This document shows positions 35,240 to 58,325 of a stretch of 64,000 nt of DNA, one piece after another (positions within the stretch are counted from its first letter, which is position 1; each line of letters starts with the position of its first letter). The translations under genes were made by a program, and so were the position numbers. The notes beneath the pieces are model-generated. The model was not told the DNA's origin. It ran no database searches and saw nothing but the letters and a program-made list of their open reading frames with translations. Source of the DNA: Harriotta raleighana (lineage: Eukaryota); NCBI GenBank assembly GCA_050575255.1, contig JBNZDD010013634.1, positions 2,238,238 through 2,302,237 on the forward strand. The letters are read 5' to 3'.

Positions 35240-35860
35240 GCTACCCTTTGATTGGCATCGGACTCGGCCAATGGGCAAACGAGACGGGCAGCGCTGCCGT
35301 CCAATGGGAACGATAGAGCGGAAGACGGGAGGCGGAACACACGGATCTGTCAATCAATCAAGAGCTATACGCGCGGAGTCTAGGGCGGAAGGAGTGTAGG
35401 TGGCGCGCGAGGTCGGGTGGGTAGTCTTTGATTGACAGCAGATTTATCCAATGGACGAACGGCGACGTTGACGGGCAGCGCAGTCATCCAATAGGAGCGA
35501 GGGAAGTGGTCAGAAATGCCGAAGCCGTCAATCAAGTGCCAGGCGTGCGGCGGTGGGTGGGTGGGGGGGGGAGAAATAGTAAAGAAAATAAGAGCAATCA
35601 GCGTGACGTGCGAGTGCGTGTATGCGCGCGGAGGGGGGGGGGAGGCGGTTGGTTGGTCGGTGGTGGTGGTGGTGGGTGAGGCGGGAAGAGTTTGCGCGAT
35701 TGAGGGGCCGGCCTGGCCTAACCGACACGACAGTGAGTGAGTTTCCGCTCCTGGTGCATGGCGGTCGACCGGAGGAATTGTTGGAAAAAAAGGAGGTTAG
35801 TTAGTAGGCTTTTTTTTACCCAGTATGCCCTATTTCTTTTACCCAGATCGACTGGGCTCT
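35240..35860 (+). promoter_or_regulatory. ZNF143 CpG-island promoter and non-coding exon 1 (donor after 35795)
   Basis: CCAAT/ATTGG boxes near 35251, 35267, 35301, 35447, 35488; CRE-like TGACGT near 35604; donor GGAG|GTTAGT; SBS TACCCAGTATGCCCT 35817-35831. Confidence 0.8.
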
Positions 35861-36346
35861 TTTTGGTTTTGATGTGAGGGGAGGGGGTGGCGGGTGTAAA
35901 GTGTCGGGTAAGCCAGGGCGGCCTCACGGTCGGTAGGTCCGTGATGGTTTCTTTGGAAGTTGCTCTCCCTCCTGCCCTCCCTCTCCCTCCCGCACAAATG
36001 ATTAAAGTCCTTCATCGCCGCCTGTTCGGTTTGGTTGGGTTGACCGGTACCTGCTTCAAATTTGTCTTGTGCCTCGTCCCAGTCCACGCCTCCTGCAGGA
36101 GACCTCCACCTCCACCCTCTTGTTTTACTTCAATATACACATTTGATAATACCACGCACAGATGCAGAGATCTGGCCGTATTGAACATGTGAGGGATATT
36201 TACAGGCAGAAGATGGGAGTGTTCACTTGATGTTGACATAACACGACACACAAAACGGTTAAGACACGAGCTAAATTTACTAATTAATTTTTAACCCCCT
36301 CCCCCACCTTAACTTTTGCTCCAGAAGAAATTCCGTATTGTTACAA

Positions 36347-36347
<1 letters not shown>

Positions 36348-36377
<30 letters not shown>
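36348..36377. repeat. (CT)n(AT)n microsatellite
   Basis: tctctctctctctctatatatatatatat. Confidence 0.9.
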
Positions 36378-39300
36378 GGTCTACCAATTGAAAGGAATAC
36401 AGGTTTCATTTCCCAACCATTGAATGGTTGCTGCACTCGCTCAGCAAATTAGTTTTAAAATCATCTCTTTCGGAAGACATTCACCCGAACTTTGGGAGTG
36501 GGAGTACAGTGCTATTAAATTACCAAAACAAAGGTCTTTTGAAGAGGAACTGATAGTTTTGTGCTTTAGCTGTATTTTCATACGTTGTTAAATCTTAGCT
36601 TGCAATTTATTTCTCCTATTTCCATTTTACTTTATTTCCCTCCCTATCCATGCTCATCAGATTTTTTTCCTTGATGTTGCTATCTGGAGCTGTGGATTTT
36701 GGACTATTACTAATGGTTATACCTTTGTTAATGCTTAAATACTACAGGATAACCAGCATCTAAAAGCATGTGATAATGGATATGAAGCTTCTGCTGAAGT
36801 TGTACCTTAAGTTAATCTTATCCATTGTTTCATCTTTCAGATGCTGAGTTGCCTGCTGTAGATTGCCAGCATTTGCTTTTTACAATATCTGTTCCACTAT
36901 ATTTTCTTCAAAGTTCACTATCTGATCGCTTATTAAAGATATATAGAATACTATGAGACTGCAGTGCTGTTTTGTAAACATTATGTGATGCAGTCAAATC
37001 TTGTACTTCTTGAAATCCGAAACTAAGTTGTAGATAGTATAATCCTTTCACTATTTTCTTTTTATCAAAACCACTTGTGTCGATGCAAATTCCACAGGGT
37101 TAGTGAAATTTACCATGTTGTAACCTAAAGTCATTATAAGTTATTTAAAGTCCAGATGGATTAATGGTGTGTACTACCACAATGTTATTCCAAATTATTT
37201 AGATTTGTTGTTGTTTCTGTATCCCATGACCATGATGGTGAAGATGCTAATAATAATACTTAATAATAATAGAGCCTTAACACAACATTGAGACATCTTA
37301 AAGCACTTTACAGAATATATCAATCAGAATGTGTTGATTTCACAACACTGGGCCTAATTGTATGACTACAAGCACTTACATCAGCTAACTTGGCACAGAA
37401 TGAACATGGTACCTTTTTCATCTATGTGATTCAGTTGTACATTCAGCAGTGGCTTTACCCATCAAGCATTTTCAGCTGAATCAAGCATTTATTTCAGTTT
37501 CATTTTTCAGAACATTGTTAATGACAACTCAGAACATATGCGTATTGTAGTATGGGAACAAACAGGATATTTTCAAAGAATGAAACCATCATCACAATCT
37601 TGATGAATAGCCTTTGTGTTCAGTACAATATTTAAAGATGTTTCAGTGCCAAAAAGTGGAGCCTTTGATCTGCTTAGCCTGTCTCATTCGTCCCAAGTTC
37701 AGAAAGTCAATTTCATCACAATGTTGTTTTACTTGGCTACTTATCAGTATTACGGTTAATAAGTGGAGTCTTGACAGTGCCTACCAAGTAACTGCACCTG
37801 CCTTTCGTCACATTGGAGGTGGAGGTGCTAAGAAGACACAAAGAGCGGGATGCAGTGGCTGAAAAATAATCTGTTTCCAAATATTGTAAACATAGTTTGG
37901 AAGCAGGCTGATATATGTTTACACTTGTGTGTTTCCAGCACTAGGGAGTAGTGACATTTACTAGGACTGACATTTACTGTGCAGATGGATGACAGATTGA
38001 CCCAAAATATCTTAAGGCAGCAAATGTGAAACAGCTTACTCTCTCATCCTATTCTTCCTGCTTTTTTATTCAAATATATTTATCTAATTCCCTCTTAAAA
38101 GTTTACATTGTGTCTGAACCAAAGTTCTAAGCAAAGCATTCCAATGTCCCAACAAACTTCTGTAAATAAAAGTTCTGCTAACTACTTATTTTGCTGATTA
38201 CCTTAATAAATCTGTGCTCTTCAGTTATTGCTCAGTGATTTTGGTGAGTCTCCTTGACATACTTGTTATAGTGGAGTTACCAAAACTAGATACAATTTTC
38301 TGATAGCAGCTAAATGATTTGTAAGTTTAGCATTCATTACCCATTGACTTTAATCTATTTATATAACCAGCCTTTTTTTTTAGAGCTTTAGCTTCCATCT
38401 TTAAAGATTTGTGTACATTAACCAAGGATCCCCCTGCTCTTCCACTTTTAAAATATTACCACTTTATGTATTTATTCTTATTCTTTCTTGTTTATTTGCC
38501 TTCCAATACACAATCACTATTTTACAGGAAAACTCTGTGAAGTGCTCCAAAACAGTTCAGTGTGATTAGGTACTATCCTAAATGCAAGGATCAGTTATTA
38601 ATTATTGCTCTGGTATTTATATATTAAAGCACAATAGTGTATTATGTAAAGTAGTAACAAATGATATGTTGCGCCAGTTCCATTTTATATTAGCATTTTT
38701 CCGACTATTTGAAAGCATAACAGATCAAGATCTTGGACAGCTCTGTAAATGAGATTATATGTCCTGTTTAATGTTTTGCAGAAATATTTGTTCTGTGAAG
38801 GAATTATTAAATTTATGATTATTTTCAAATAAGGGATTCAACATTTTGGTGGAGGGAGGGAAACAAACATTTTTTAATAACATTTCCACCAATTTTCTCT
38901 ACTTCTACTGATATGTTTTGATTATCAATTGGGTTTTTTATGATGTTAGTATCCTGCACTCCAGTAAAAAGTTGTGCAGAACGTCTGGATTTTTCTATCA
39001 TTTTCCCAGGGAGGAAACAGAATGACATCTCGATCTGGTTGTAAGCAATATTTACACAACAATCTACGGTTGTTTCTTCAGTGAAGTGAACTCCTGTACT
39101 GTACTTTGAAATATATTTATTTGCTGTATTTTGTTTCTAGTGGGAGCAAAATCATCCACGACATTTCAAAACATTCCCCATTTGCAATTATAAACATTTT
39201 ACATTGGGAGAATTCACAATAAATAAAATCCACTTCATAACTAGACTTCGTTCTACATTGTTGCTGGGATAGAAATCTCACCAATATCTGTGTTGATGTG

Positions 39301-40429
39301 CTCGTGTGTGCACTGCTTTTGTATTACCAGTTTGTCTGCAGAGGCAGGTGACACTGGCATCCCAGAGTTTCCTGAGCTCTGTTTTGTCCATCAAGTTGCC
39401 CGCAAAATTGGCTGTGTGATTTCACTAACTGGAATCCATAATTCTGACTGTTAGGAATCGCATCTCTAAAAGTGGCTTTGAGAGTAAATGAGGCATAATG
39501 TCACTGGTAACTAAATGACGAAAGCAAGATTTCACAGTCATCTTGGGAATTGGTACTTCATGAGTAGTTACCCAAATAAATGGTAGACAGTCTCTGAAAT
39601 GCTGCTGCTATCTTACTGGATGTATGAGCTATTAACATGTATTCATCTGTTAAGTGAAAATTTGTCTTTCTAAATTCATAAACGGTTAATTAACCAAAAT
39701 TCTCCAATTACAAATATAATTGTCCAGACAATTTTACCCATTGATCTATATTCACTTCAAATTACAAGTGTACAGTATTTTACACTATTCTACACAGTCA
39801 TAATACAACTAACCACACAGTACTACACATCCTCCCAACATAACAGGCGCTATACAGATGTAATTTTGTTGTTGGAGCAGTAACACATGGCCATCGGGTC
39901 TTTCTCATCTGTCTCTGAGTCTGGTGAGGCATTACAAAATGGAAAGACATTATAATACAAAGAGTAGCTTATAGAAGTGCACTGACCTGGAAAAACAATA
40001 CTTTCAACTCAATCTGTTGATCAGAGTAAAAATAATCACTGCTCCATGACTCATACCTCTCAAATGATTTTTTTAAAGCAAAATATCTAACTAACTCCCA
40101 CTTTTATTTTTTTTTACACAATTTGATAACTCCACCTCCCTAGACCTTACAATATCTTGGGTATTAGGTATAAATTAATAATGTAGTTGATTTAGTATGA
40201 GCAGTTGAGGTGCCACAATTGGTTTCAGTAGCTTCCGTATTGCTTACTGCCTCTTCCACTGATAGCTCATTCTGACTGGGATTTAGTGTGAGACCTTCCT
40301 AATTATGAATGCCTCGGGTTCAACTTGCTGTATAATATTCCGATTGGGAATTTCAAGCTACGTATGTTTACTCCAGTGTCTCATGAATTTCAAAAAATGG
40401 ATTCTGACTCCATTTGCAGAATAGATCAA

Positions 40430-40830
40430 TTTCAAGATCCTCACACTTATGCAGACTTCATGCCCCGGCAACTCCCTATCTTTCAGACTTTCTTACACTC
40501 TATAATACTACCCAACTCCTTCAATCAACTGGCTCTGGCCTCCTGCACACCCCTCACCCACTCCACCATCAATCAGCAGTTAAGTGTTCGGCCATAACCA
40601 CCCAAAACGATCCAACTCTGCCTTGTATCCTCCCTTTCCTCTCAAGACCTTCCTTTTTGACTGTGCCTTCTGCTCCCCTCCTAACTCTCCCCCCTCTCCT
40701 ACTCTTATTCCCCCTACTCCGCACCCCCACGCCCCCCACACCTGCTCAGGTCCCGACCTGACTGTTCAAAGCCTTGGGACGTCCTCCCGATGTGAAAGGC
40801 ACTCTATAAGTGTAATTTTGTTGTTGTTGT
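40430..40830 (+). mobile_element. L2 LINE 3' fragment
   Basis: C-rich decayed ORF2 end followed by tail gccttgggacgtcctcccgatgtgaaaggcactctataagtgtaatt(ttg)n. Confidence 0.8.
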
Positions 40831-41212
40831 ATCCTCCTTGCCCATCTTCAGATAACACCTGAAGATCATCCTCTTCGACTTTGCCTTTGGTTGCCTCACT
40901 ATCACCCCCCACCACAGTTAAGCACTTGAAACCCCATGTCCAGCGCCTTGGGACGTCCTCCTGACATGAAAGGCACTATACAAGTAATTTTGTTATAATT
41001 TTTGTTGTTGAAAGGTACTTTGTAAATGTGGACATGTTCTAAAAGTTTCATTTTATTCCTACCAACATTTTTGCAATAAGGGAACAAACTAATTGAGATT
41101 AGTGTTCACTGTAATTTACGCAGCAATCTTCAGTTAACGTTTAATTATATTTGTTATGGAATGTATTATAATTTGAAGATGCATCTGGTGTAATTTAGAT
41201 ATGTTGTTAGAT

Positions 41213-52580
<11,368 letters not shown>

Positions 52581-53369
52581 AGTAGCAATTGAAAGCAATA
52601 AAAAGGAGCTGAAGTTCTGCCTGTTAACAACAACAATAGTTGTACTGTGTTTAGTGCAGTCTGTATTCACAGGCACGTTCAGCCACAAATGGAGCTTTAA
52701 AGCAACAACATTAAGCTGCAATATATTACTTACCATCATGAATTTCTTAGTTTTCGTTTAGGATACTAGTTGAAGATATGTTAATGAAACAAAAATGTGC
52801 TGTACCGCACAGAATACTCTGATTTGGGTAAGTATTCTTTTGTTTCTCTTAATAATCCTTGCAGTTCGATTGCATCCTATTCTTCTCATATAACCTGTAG
52901 TGTAACCATCATAATTTATTTCATAACTGCTCAGGAGCACCAGATGAACCGCAGAAAGATAGTACCTGTGCAAACCACAGCATTAGAGATGCATGCATAA
53001 GTGGAAAATATTACTATACTACTGATGTCTAGTTTAATGATGCTGATCCTGAAGTTAATTAATTTTACCAAATGCATATGTACATTTTCTTTAAATGATT
53101 TTGCTAAAGCCTGTATAAATTTAATTGGATTTTTTTACTTTCCATGGTATGTTGCAGTTTTAGAGTATGAATCAATGCCGTTACTGTAGATTTTGTACAG
53201 TTTTGACTAGACAAATCAGGTTCTTGATATTATGGTACTTTAACTGTAGGCCCAAAAATGTTGAGTGCCTGAACTTGCATTTAAAAACTGCATGTATTCC
53301 AACAACTGGGAAGTGAAATGTTTAAATGTTATAATCTAGTTCAATATTAGACGTTAAACATTGCTCTCT

Positions 53370-53740
53370 AGGATAGCCTAGCAGGTAAAGGAATTACCCA
53401 GCCTAGCACAACGTCATACAGACCGGAAAGTCGCAGGTTCGAGTTTTGGTCTGTGTTGAGTTATCTGATCTCAGACAGGACAATTGTGGGTGCAAAGAGT
53501 GGCCTCACCAACCCAAGGGAGGGAGAGGAAGTTTTTCCTGTGTTCCCGTTCTTGAGCTCTCCAATAATCTCTGCTGCAAAATATGGTGCTTCGACTTTGT
53601 GTGAGGAGTTGGCTGTGGTGCCATCCACAGCCTACTAAAAAGTGGTTTAACAATCTGCTAAACACTCACTCTGTAGGCTGAACACATGAATAATGGTTGT
53701 CCTTACCCCAGCAAGAATATCAGCTGTGGGGGTTCAGGGG
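53370..53740 (+). mobile_element. Old tRNA-derived SINE (second family) in the putative ZNF143 3' UTR
   Basis: Head gcaggttcgag...tgtgttgagttatctgatctcag; related fragments near 12325, 12650, 44630, 63320. Confidence 0.6.
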
Positions 53741-55931
53741 AATTGGTTTAAAAAAAAGTTTTACATATTTAGAACTACAGTTTTACAATTTTACAAAGGT
53801 TTATTTCGTACTATTAAAAGTTTGATCTTCTGCTCTTTGGCTTGTGACCAGCTACCTGTAAATATATACAGTACCACTAATGCTACAGTTGTAACCTATA
53901 TTTTACCTTTTACATACGATCATGTAAAAGTTTCAAAAAGAAAAGCTTTTGGTTGTGCAATATTAAAAGGCCTACAATTGAACCTTATTCGCTTTATTCA
54001 AAAATAACATACTTTTTTCTTTTTTTTGCTTTGTAATTTTGAAGACATTTTAATTATTGTAACTTCTGGAAACAAAAAAAATTACCTGAACGACTTCCTG
54101 AACTTATGACAAAGGTGCATCCTGTGAGAGGCTTTAGAATCAAACGTGCTTAAATGTAAGCAATAACTCCCGACAAGAGAGCACAAGGCAATAGATGCTC
54201 CTGTGTTGATTTACTGTATCTGAATCATTTTATTCCAGCACAAGGAACCAACATTGTCCTGAAGACTACAAAAAATATTGCTATTATGCTATATTTTAAT
54301 AAAAACAAAAATCGTGAGATAGTTTAAAATGTTTGTTTACAATATAATTTTTTTATGTGGAGTAGCAGCTTATTTTTTTGTTAGCTGGTGTTGCTAGGGG
54401 ATATTTTTAAAGTGTATTAAAAGAAAATATTTTGAAATGATCCCTCTTGTTAAGAGTTTTTATTTGTTTCCAATAAAAGACATCTGGGTTCCTTTTTTTC
54501 AAAGTTTTTATTTCTTACTGTTGTTAGTGGTTCTAAATTTTGTGAAGTTCAGCATTTGATTAAAATTCCTGAGAGAAGCAATTTCTCTTTCCTCCTTTAA
54601 TGGACAATGGGCCTATGTTTTTATAGAGGTGTGAAGGATTGGATCCAATTACAAGGCGGAAATTTAAAACTCCTTAACAGACATCAAAGGATGAGGAAAC
54701 AAAAAGGGGAAAGGTGTCACCTGAAACTCCCATCTTATTCAATATGCAAATCATCCCATGCTTATGGAACCAGGGATTTACTTAATAAGCATGTATATCA
54801 ACATGTAATTATGAATTACAGTGTTTGAGGTAATGTGGTGTTTGTGGTGTTCTTGTGCCCTGTCAAATATAGTGTCTGAACTCCCAATGGGAAAGGAGAT
54901 TTTGAACGATTGTCTGAAAAAACGAAAAATGGGCAACTCACAAATATTTGTAAAAGCACTGTCTAATATCCTTTTACAGTGAAACTTACTGCACTTTATT
55001 TTCAAGACATACTTAGACATTATCTGTACTGCTTTTCACGTTCTGTATTTGTAAATAAAATGACTACAGAATCAAAGAGTGGTATTCTCTGCATATTTGG
55101 CTATACCAAAGGCTTTCAAATACAAACTCATGCCAACCATTGGGGATGTCTTAATACTGAATAGTGTAGCAGAGAGCAGTTAACATTGGGTAAGAAGCTG
55201 TGAAATAAGTTTCCCAAGAGGTTTCAGAGTCTCTGATACCTGATTAAAGGGTTAAAAATAATCTGTAAATGGGTCACTTAACCATCCTTCGATGAGCTGG
55301 ATTATCACTAATAGTAGATGATGTAAAAATATAACTTCAATGTAATTCATCTCGGTCACTTTGGACATCAACCTGCTCTCTTCACGAAAGTCCATTAAGA
55401 ACAGGTTGTATAACATGATACGTCTTGATGACAGAAGCTTTTGACAAACTTTTCTATAATTGTTTTTACAAATGTAAATATCCTGCACACAAACTCAAAA
55501 AGTAAAAATGCATGTATGTATATTATACAACAGAGAAGTTATACTTGCATGGTGCCGGTCATGTCGGGAGGACTTCCCAAGGCACTGGACAGTCTGTTCC
55601 GAACATGAGCTGGGGTTGGGGAGGGTGGAAGGAAGGGAGGAGAAGCGGGGTGACTGATGGTACAGTCAAAGATTTATATAAATATAAATATATATAAATA
55701 AATTTTAAAAAGAGGATCTGAGGTGGGACTTGAAGGAAACTAGGGAGTACTAATGTGATGAAATTCATGCAAAAATAAAAACGGTCCATGAAGTGTTCCT
55801 TTTAGGTAATGATGTTAAGAGATTAATGAAACCACATTGTGTATTTCATTGTGTATGGCAGGCATGGTGAATTGATAAGATCTTGCTTTGACACCCTAAT
55901 CAATCTTGTTTAATGCCCGATTGATGTATTT

Positions 55932-56254
55932 ATAATAATAATAATCCTTGCATTTTGATATAGCGCTTTTCACATCTTATCAACGTCCCAAAGCGCTTCA
56001 CAGAGTATACTGTAAAGTGAATTGACTGTATATTTGTGGGCGGAACGCGGCAGCCAATTGCACACAGCAGCATCCCACAAACAGTCATAGATTGAAATGA
56101 CCAATTTTATTATTGTAGTTTTTTGGAGGGATTATTATTAGGCATGTGGAGTAAGGAAACTTGCCCAAGGTTTCACCCTGATCTTCCTGGATTCGAACAC
56201 AGGTCTCATGCTTGTAAGGTGAGTGCTCTAACCACTGAGCCACAGGAGCTCCAC
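55932..56254 (-). mobile_element. Full-length young tRNA-derived SINE (ZNF143-WEE1 intergenic)
   Basis: Reverse complement nearly identical to the 11408 and 26902 copies. Confidence 0.95.
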
Positions 56255-57514
56255 GATTTGTGGGTAAATCAACAGTTTTCCACCGACCTGTACAGTGTAC
56301 AGTACATTCAAATGTCCAAATTCGGCTGCACAAACATTAAATCATCGAGGCTTTTTTTAAAAATTGTAATTTACCGCAACAAAATATAAGTTGTTAATTG
56401 CCCACTTCATTTCTAAACTATTACGAATGCAATAATGTAGGCATCTAAATGTTCCCTTCAATATTTTTAGCAAAACACTTGAGCAAATCTACACTTTAAC
56501 CGCATTAGAAGCCAGCTAAGTGTTACAAAATAACAGCAGGATATTACAAAACTCAATATTTACTCCTTCCCACAGTTGGTTGTCAAAATACATTTATAAA
56601 ATAATAATAATCCTTGCATCAGTATTATTATTGTAAAGCCAAAACTTTTCAAAACAATGCACCAAAACAAGATGTTTTTTGATTGTTACATATTCATACA
56701 GCTATTGCTAACATGTGATTTAGCCCATGCTCTAAAAAAAATTATATACCTTGGTTTAATTTCATTGGGTATGACATTTGCTGTAGCTGTGTTAGACTTA
56801 GACTGGAAATTCAGGTTTATTGAGGGTTTTGTTTGTACAATGGCTGATTTGTGATGTTCTGCTGCAGCTTGCTGCCTCTCCACAGCTTTCTCTGTGCAGA
56901 ATGAGTCAGTGTGTAGGAAATGAATTCTTCGAAAACTAATTCACCGCTGAAAGTTGATGGGGAGGGAGGGGCGAGGGTGGGAGCGGGATAGTAAATGTTT
57001 CAACGGAATTAACTGAAGAACTCGTTGTTGCTCGAGACTGTGTGTGCACTGGAAAGCCCTCGTGCGATGCATGGCTGCAAACAACCGTTTACATTTTAAT
57101 TTAAAAACCTCCTTGGGAATAGGGCAATGCTTTTAAATTTAAAAATGTAACAGCCAGCCAGCCATTTTAACATCGTTTTAAATGTTTCTTTTTTTTAAAA
57201 ATGTGAAAAATAAACTTTTTCTGGGGGAAAAAAACACTTAAAATGGAAAATGTTTTTAATTTTTAAAAAAAAACTGGTGGACATTTAGCGGCAAATTGCA
57301 GTGAACTTCCAGAGAAGTGCTGGAAAGTAGCAATCTGGAGTGGGGGGGTGGTGGGGGGGGAAGAGAGTTTTCGCCCCAAAAATATACAGTCAATTCACTT
57401 TACAGTATATTCTGTGAAGTGCTTTGAGACGCCTTGAAGATATGAAAAGCGCTACATCAAATGCAAGGATTATTATCGAGTGTAGGGGGAGATGGGAGGA
57501 AAGGACAGATTACA

Positions 57515-57730
57515 TCAATTGGCAAAAGGAGAGAGAAAAAGGGAGTCAAGTAAATAGGTTAATTAAGGACAAGTATTGGGGGTGAGAGGAGGAGTGAGTG
57601 AGATTGGCGCGAAAATGACGTCAGGGTGCTGGCGGCGCGGGCAGCCGGATTCCAGACCTGATCATGTGACTGGTGGGTTTGAAAACCCGGCGGCCGTTGG
57701 TGATTGGCGCGGTCCCGGGCGCGTGACTTA
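57515..57730 (+). promoter_or_regulatory. WEE1 cell-cycle promoter (CCAAT, E2F, CRE, CHR)
   Basis: ATTGG near 57518, 57603, 57703; TTGGCGCGAAAA 57604-57615; TGACGTCA 57616-57623; TTTGAA 57678-57683; CpG island. Confidence 0.75.
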
Positions 57731-58325
57731 ACGGTCGCGGGAAAGAAGAAGAAGAAGGGGGGGAGGGTGAGCTGCGCGCGCTGCGTGTTGTGTGTGCGCG
57801 AAGGACAGCGGACGGAGCGGTTCGAGTCGAGACAACAACCTCCCCCTTTCCTAACCCCCTTTAGATTCAACTGAGTCGTCGGACACCCACCCACTTTCCA
57901 CCACCTTTTTTTTCGTCGGAGGGGTAAGGGGTGGGGCGCGGCTTTAGTGTTTTAAACGTGTCTTTACTTAACGTAATTAACACGGCGACCGGTGTCGAAA
58001 CGAGGGGTGGAAACCCTGTGTGAGTAAACGGAGGAGGAGTGCGCCAGCAGTAGTAGGAGGAGGAGTAGGAGGCGTTGACTCCATTCACGGCCCCCAAATT
58101 TGCGGCTCTTTCCACCATCCCCGCCCCCTCTCGTCGCTCGTCTTTTATTTACTTCAGTGACGGGATAATTAACGTTGCGTGCGGTTTACTCACGCTGTTG
58201 TCGTTGACCCTCCCCGTTGACCGCGGACTGTACTCGGTCGGTACATTTATTTACACTTTCTCGAGGAATTCCTTCTCTTCTTTCCCCCGCCCCCTTCTCC
58301 TCGCTCCCTCCCTCCTTCCCTCCCC

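Noticed and set aside
53955-53962. miR-25/92-family 8mer GTGCAATA in the putative ZNF143 3' UTR
   Set aside because: A single short match with no conservation data and an uncertain UTR extent
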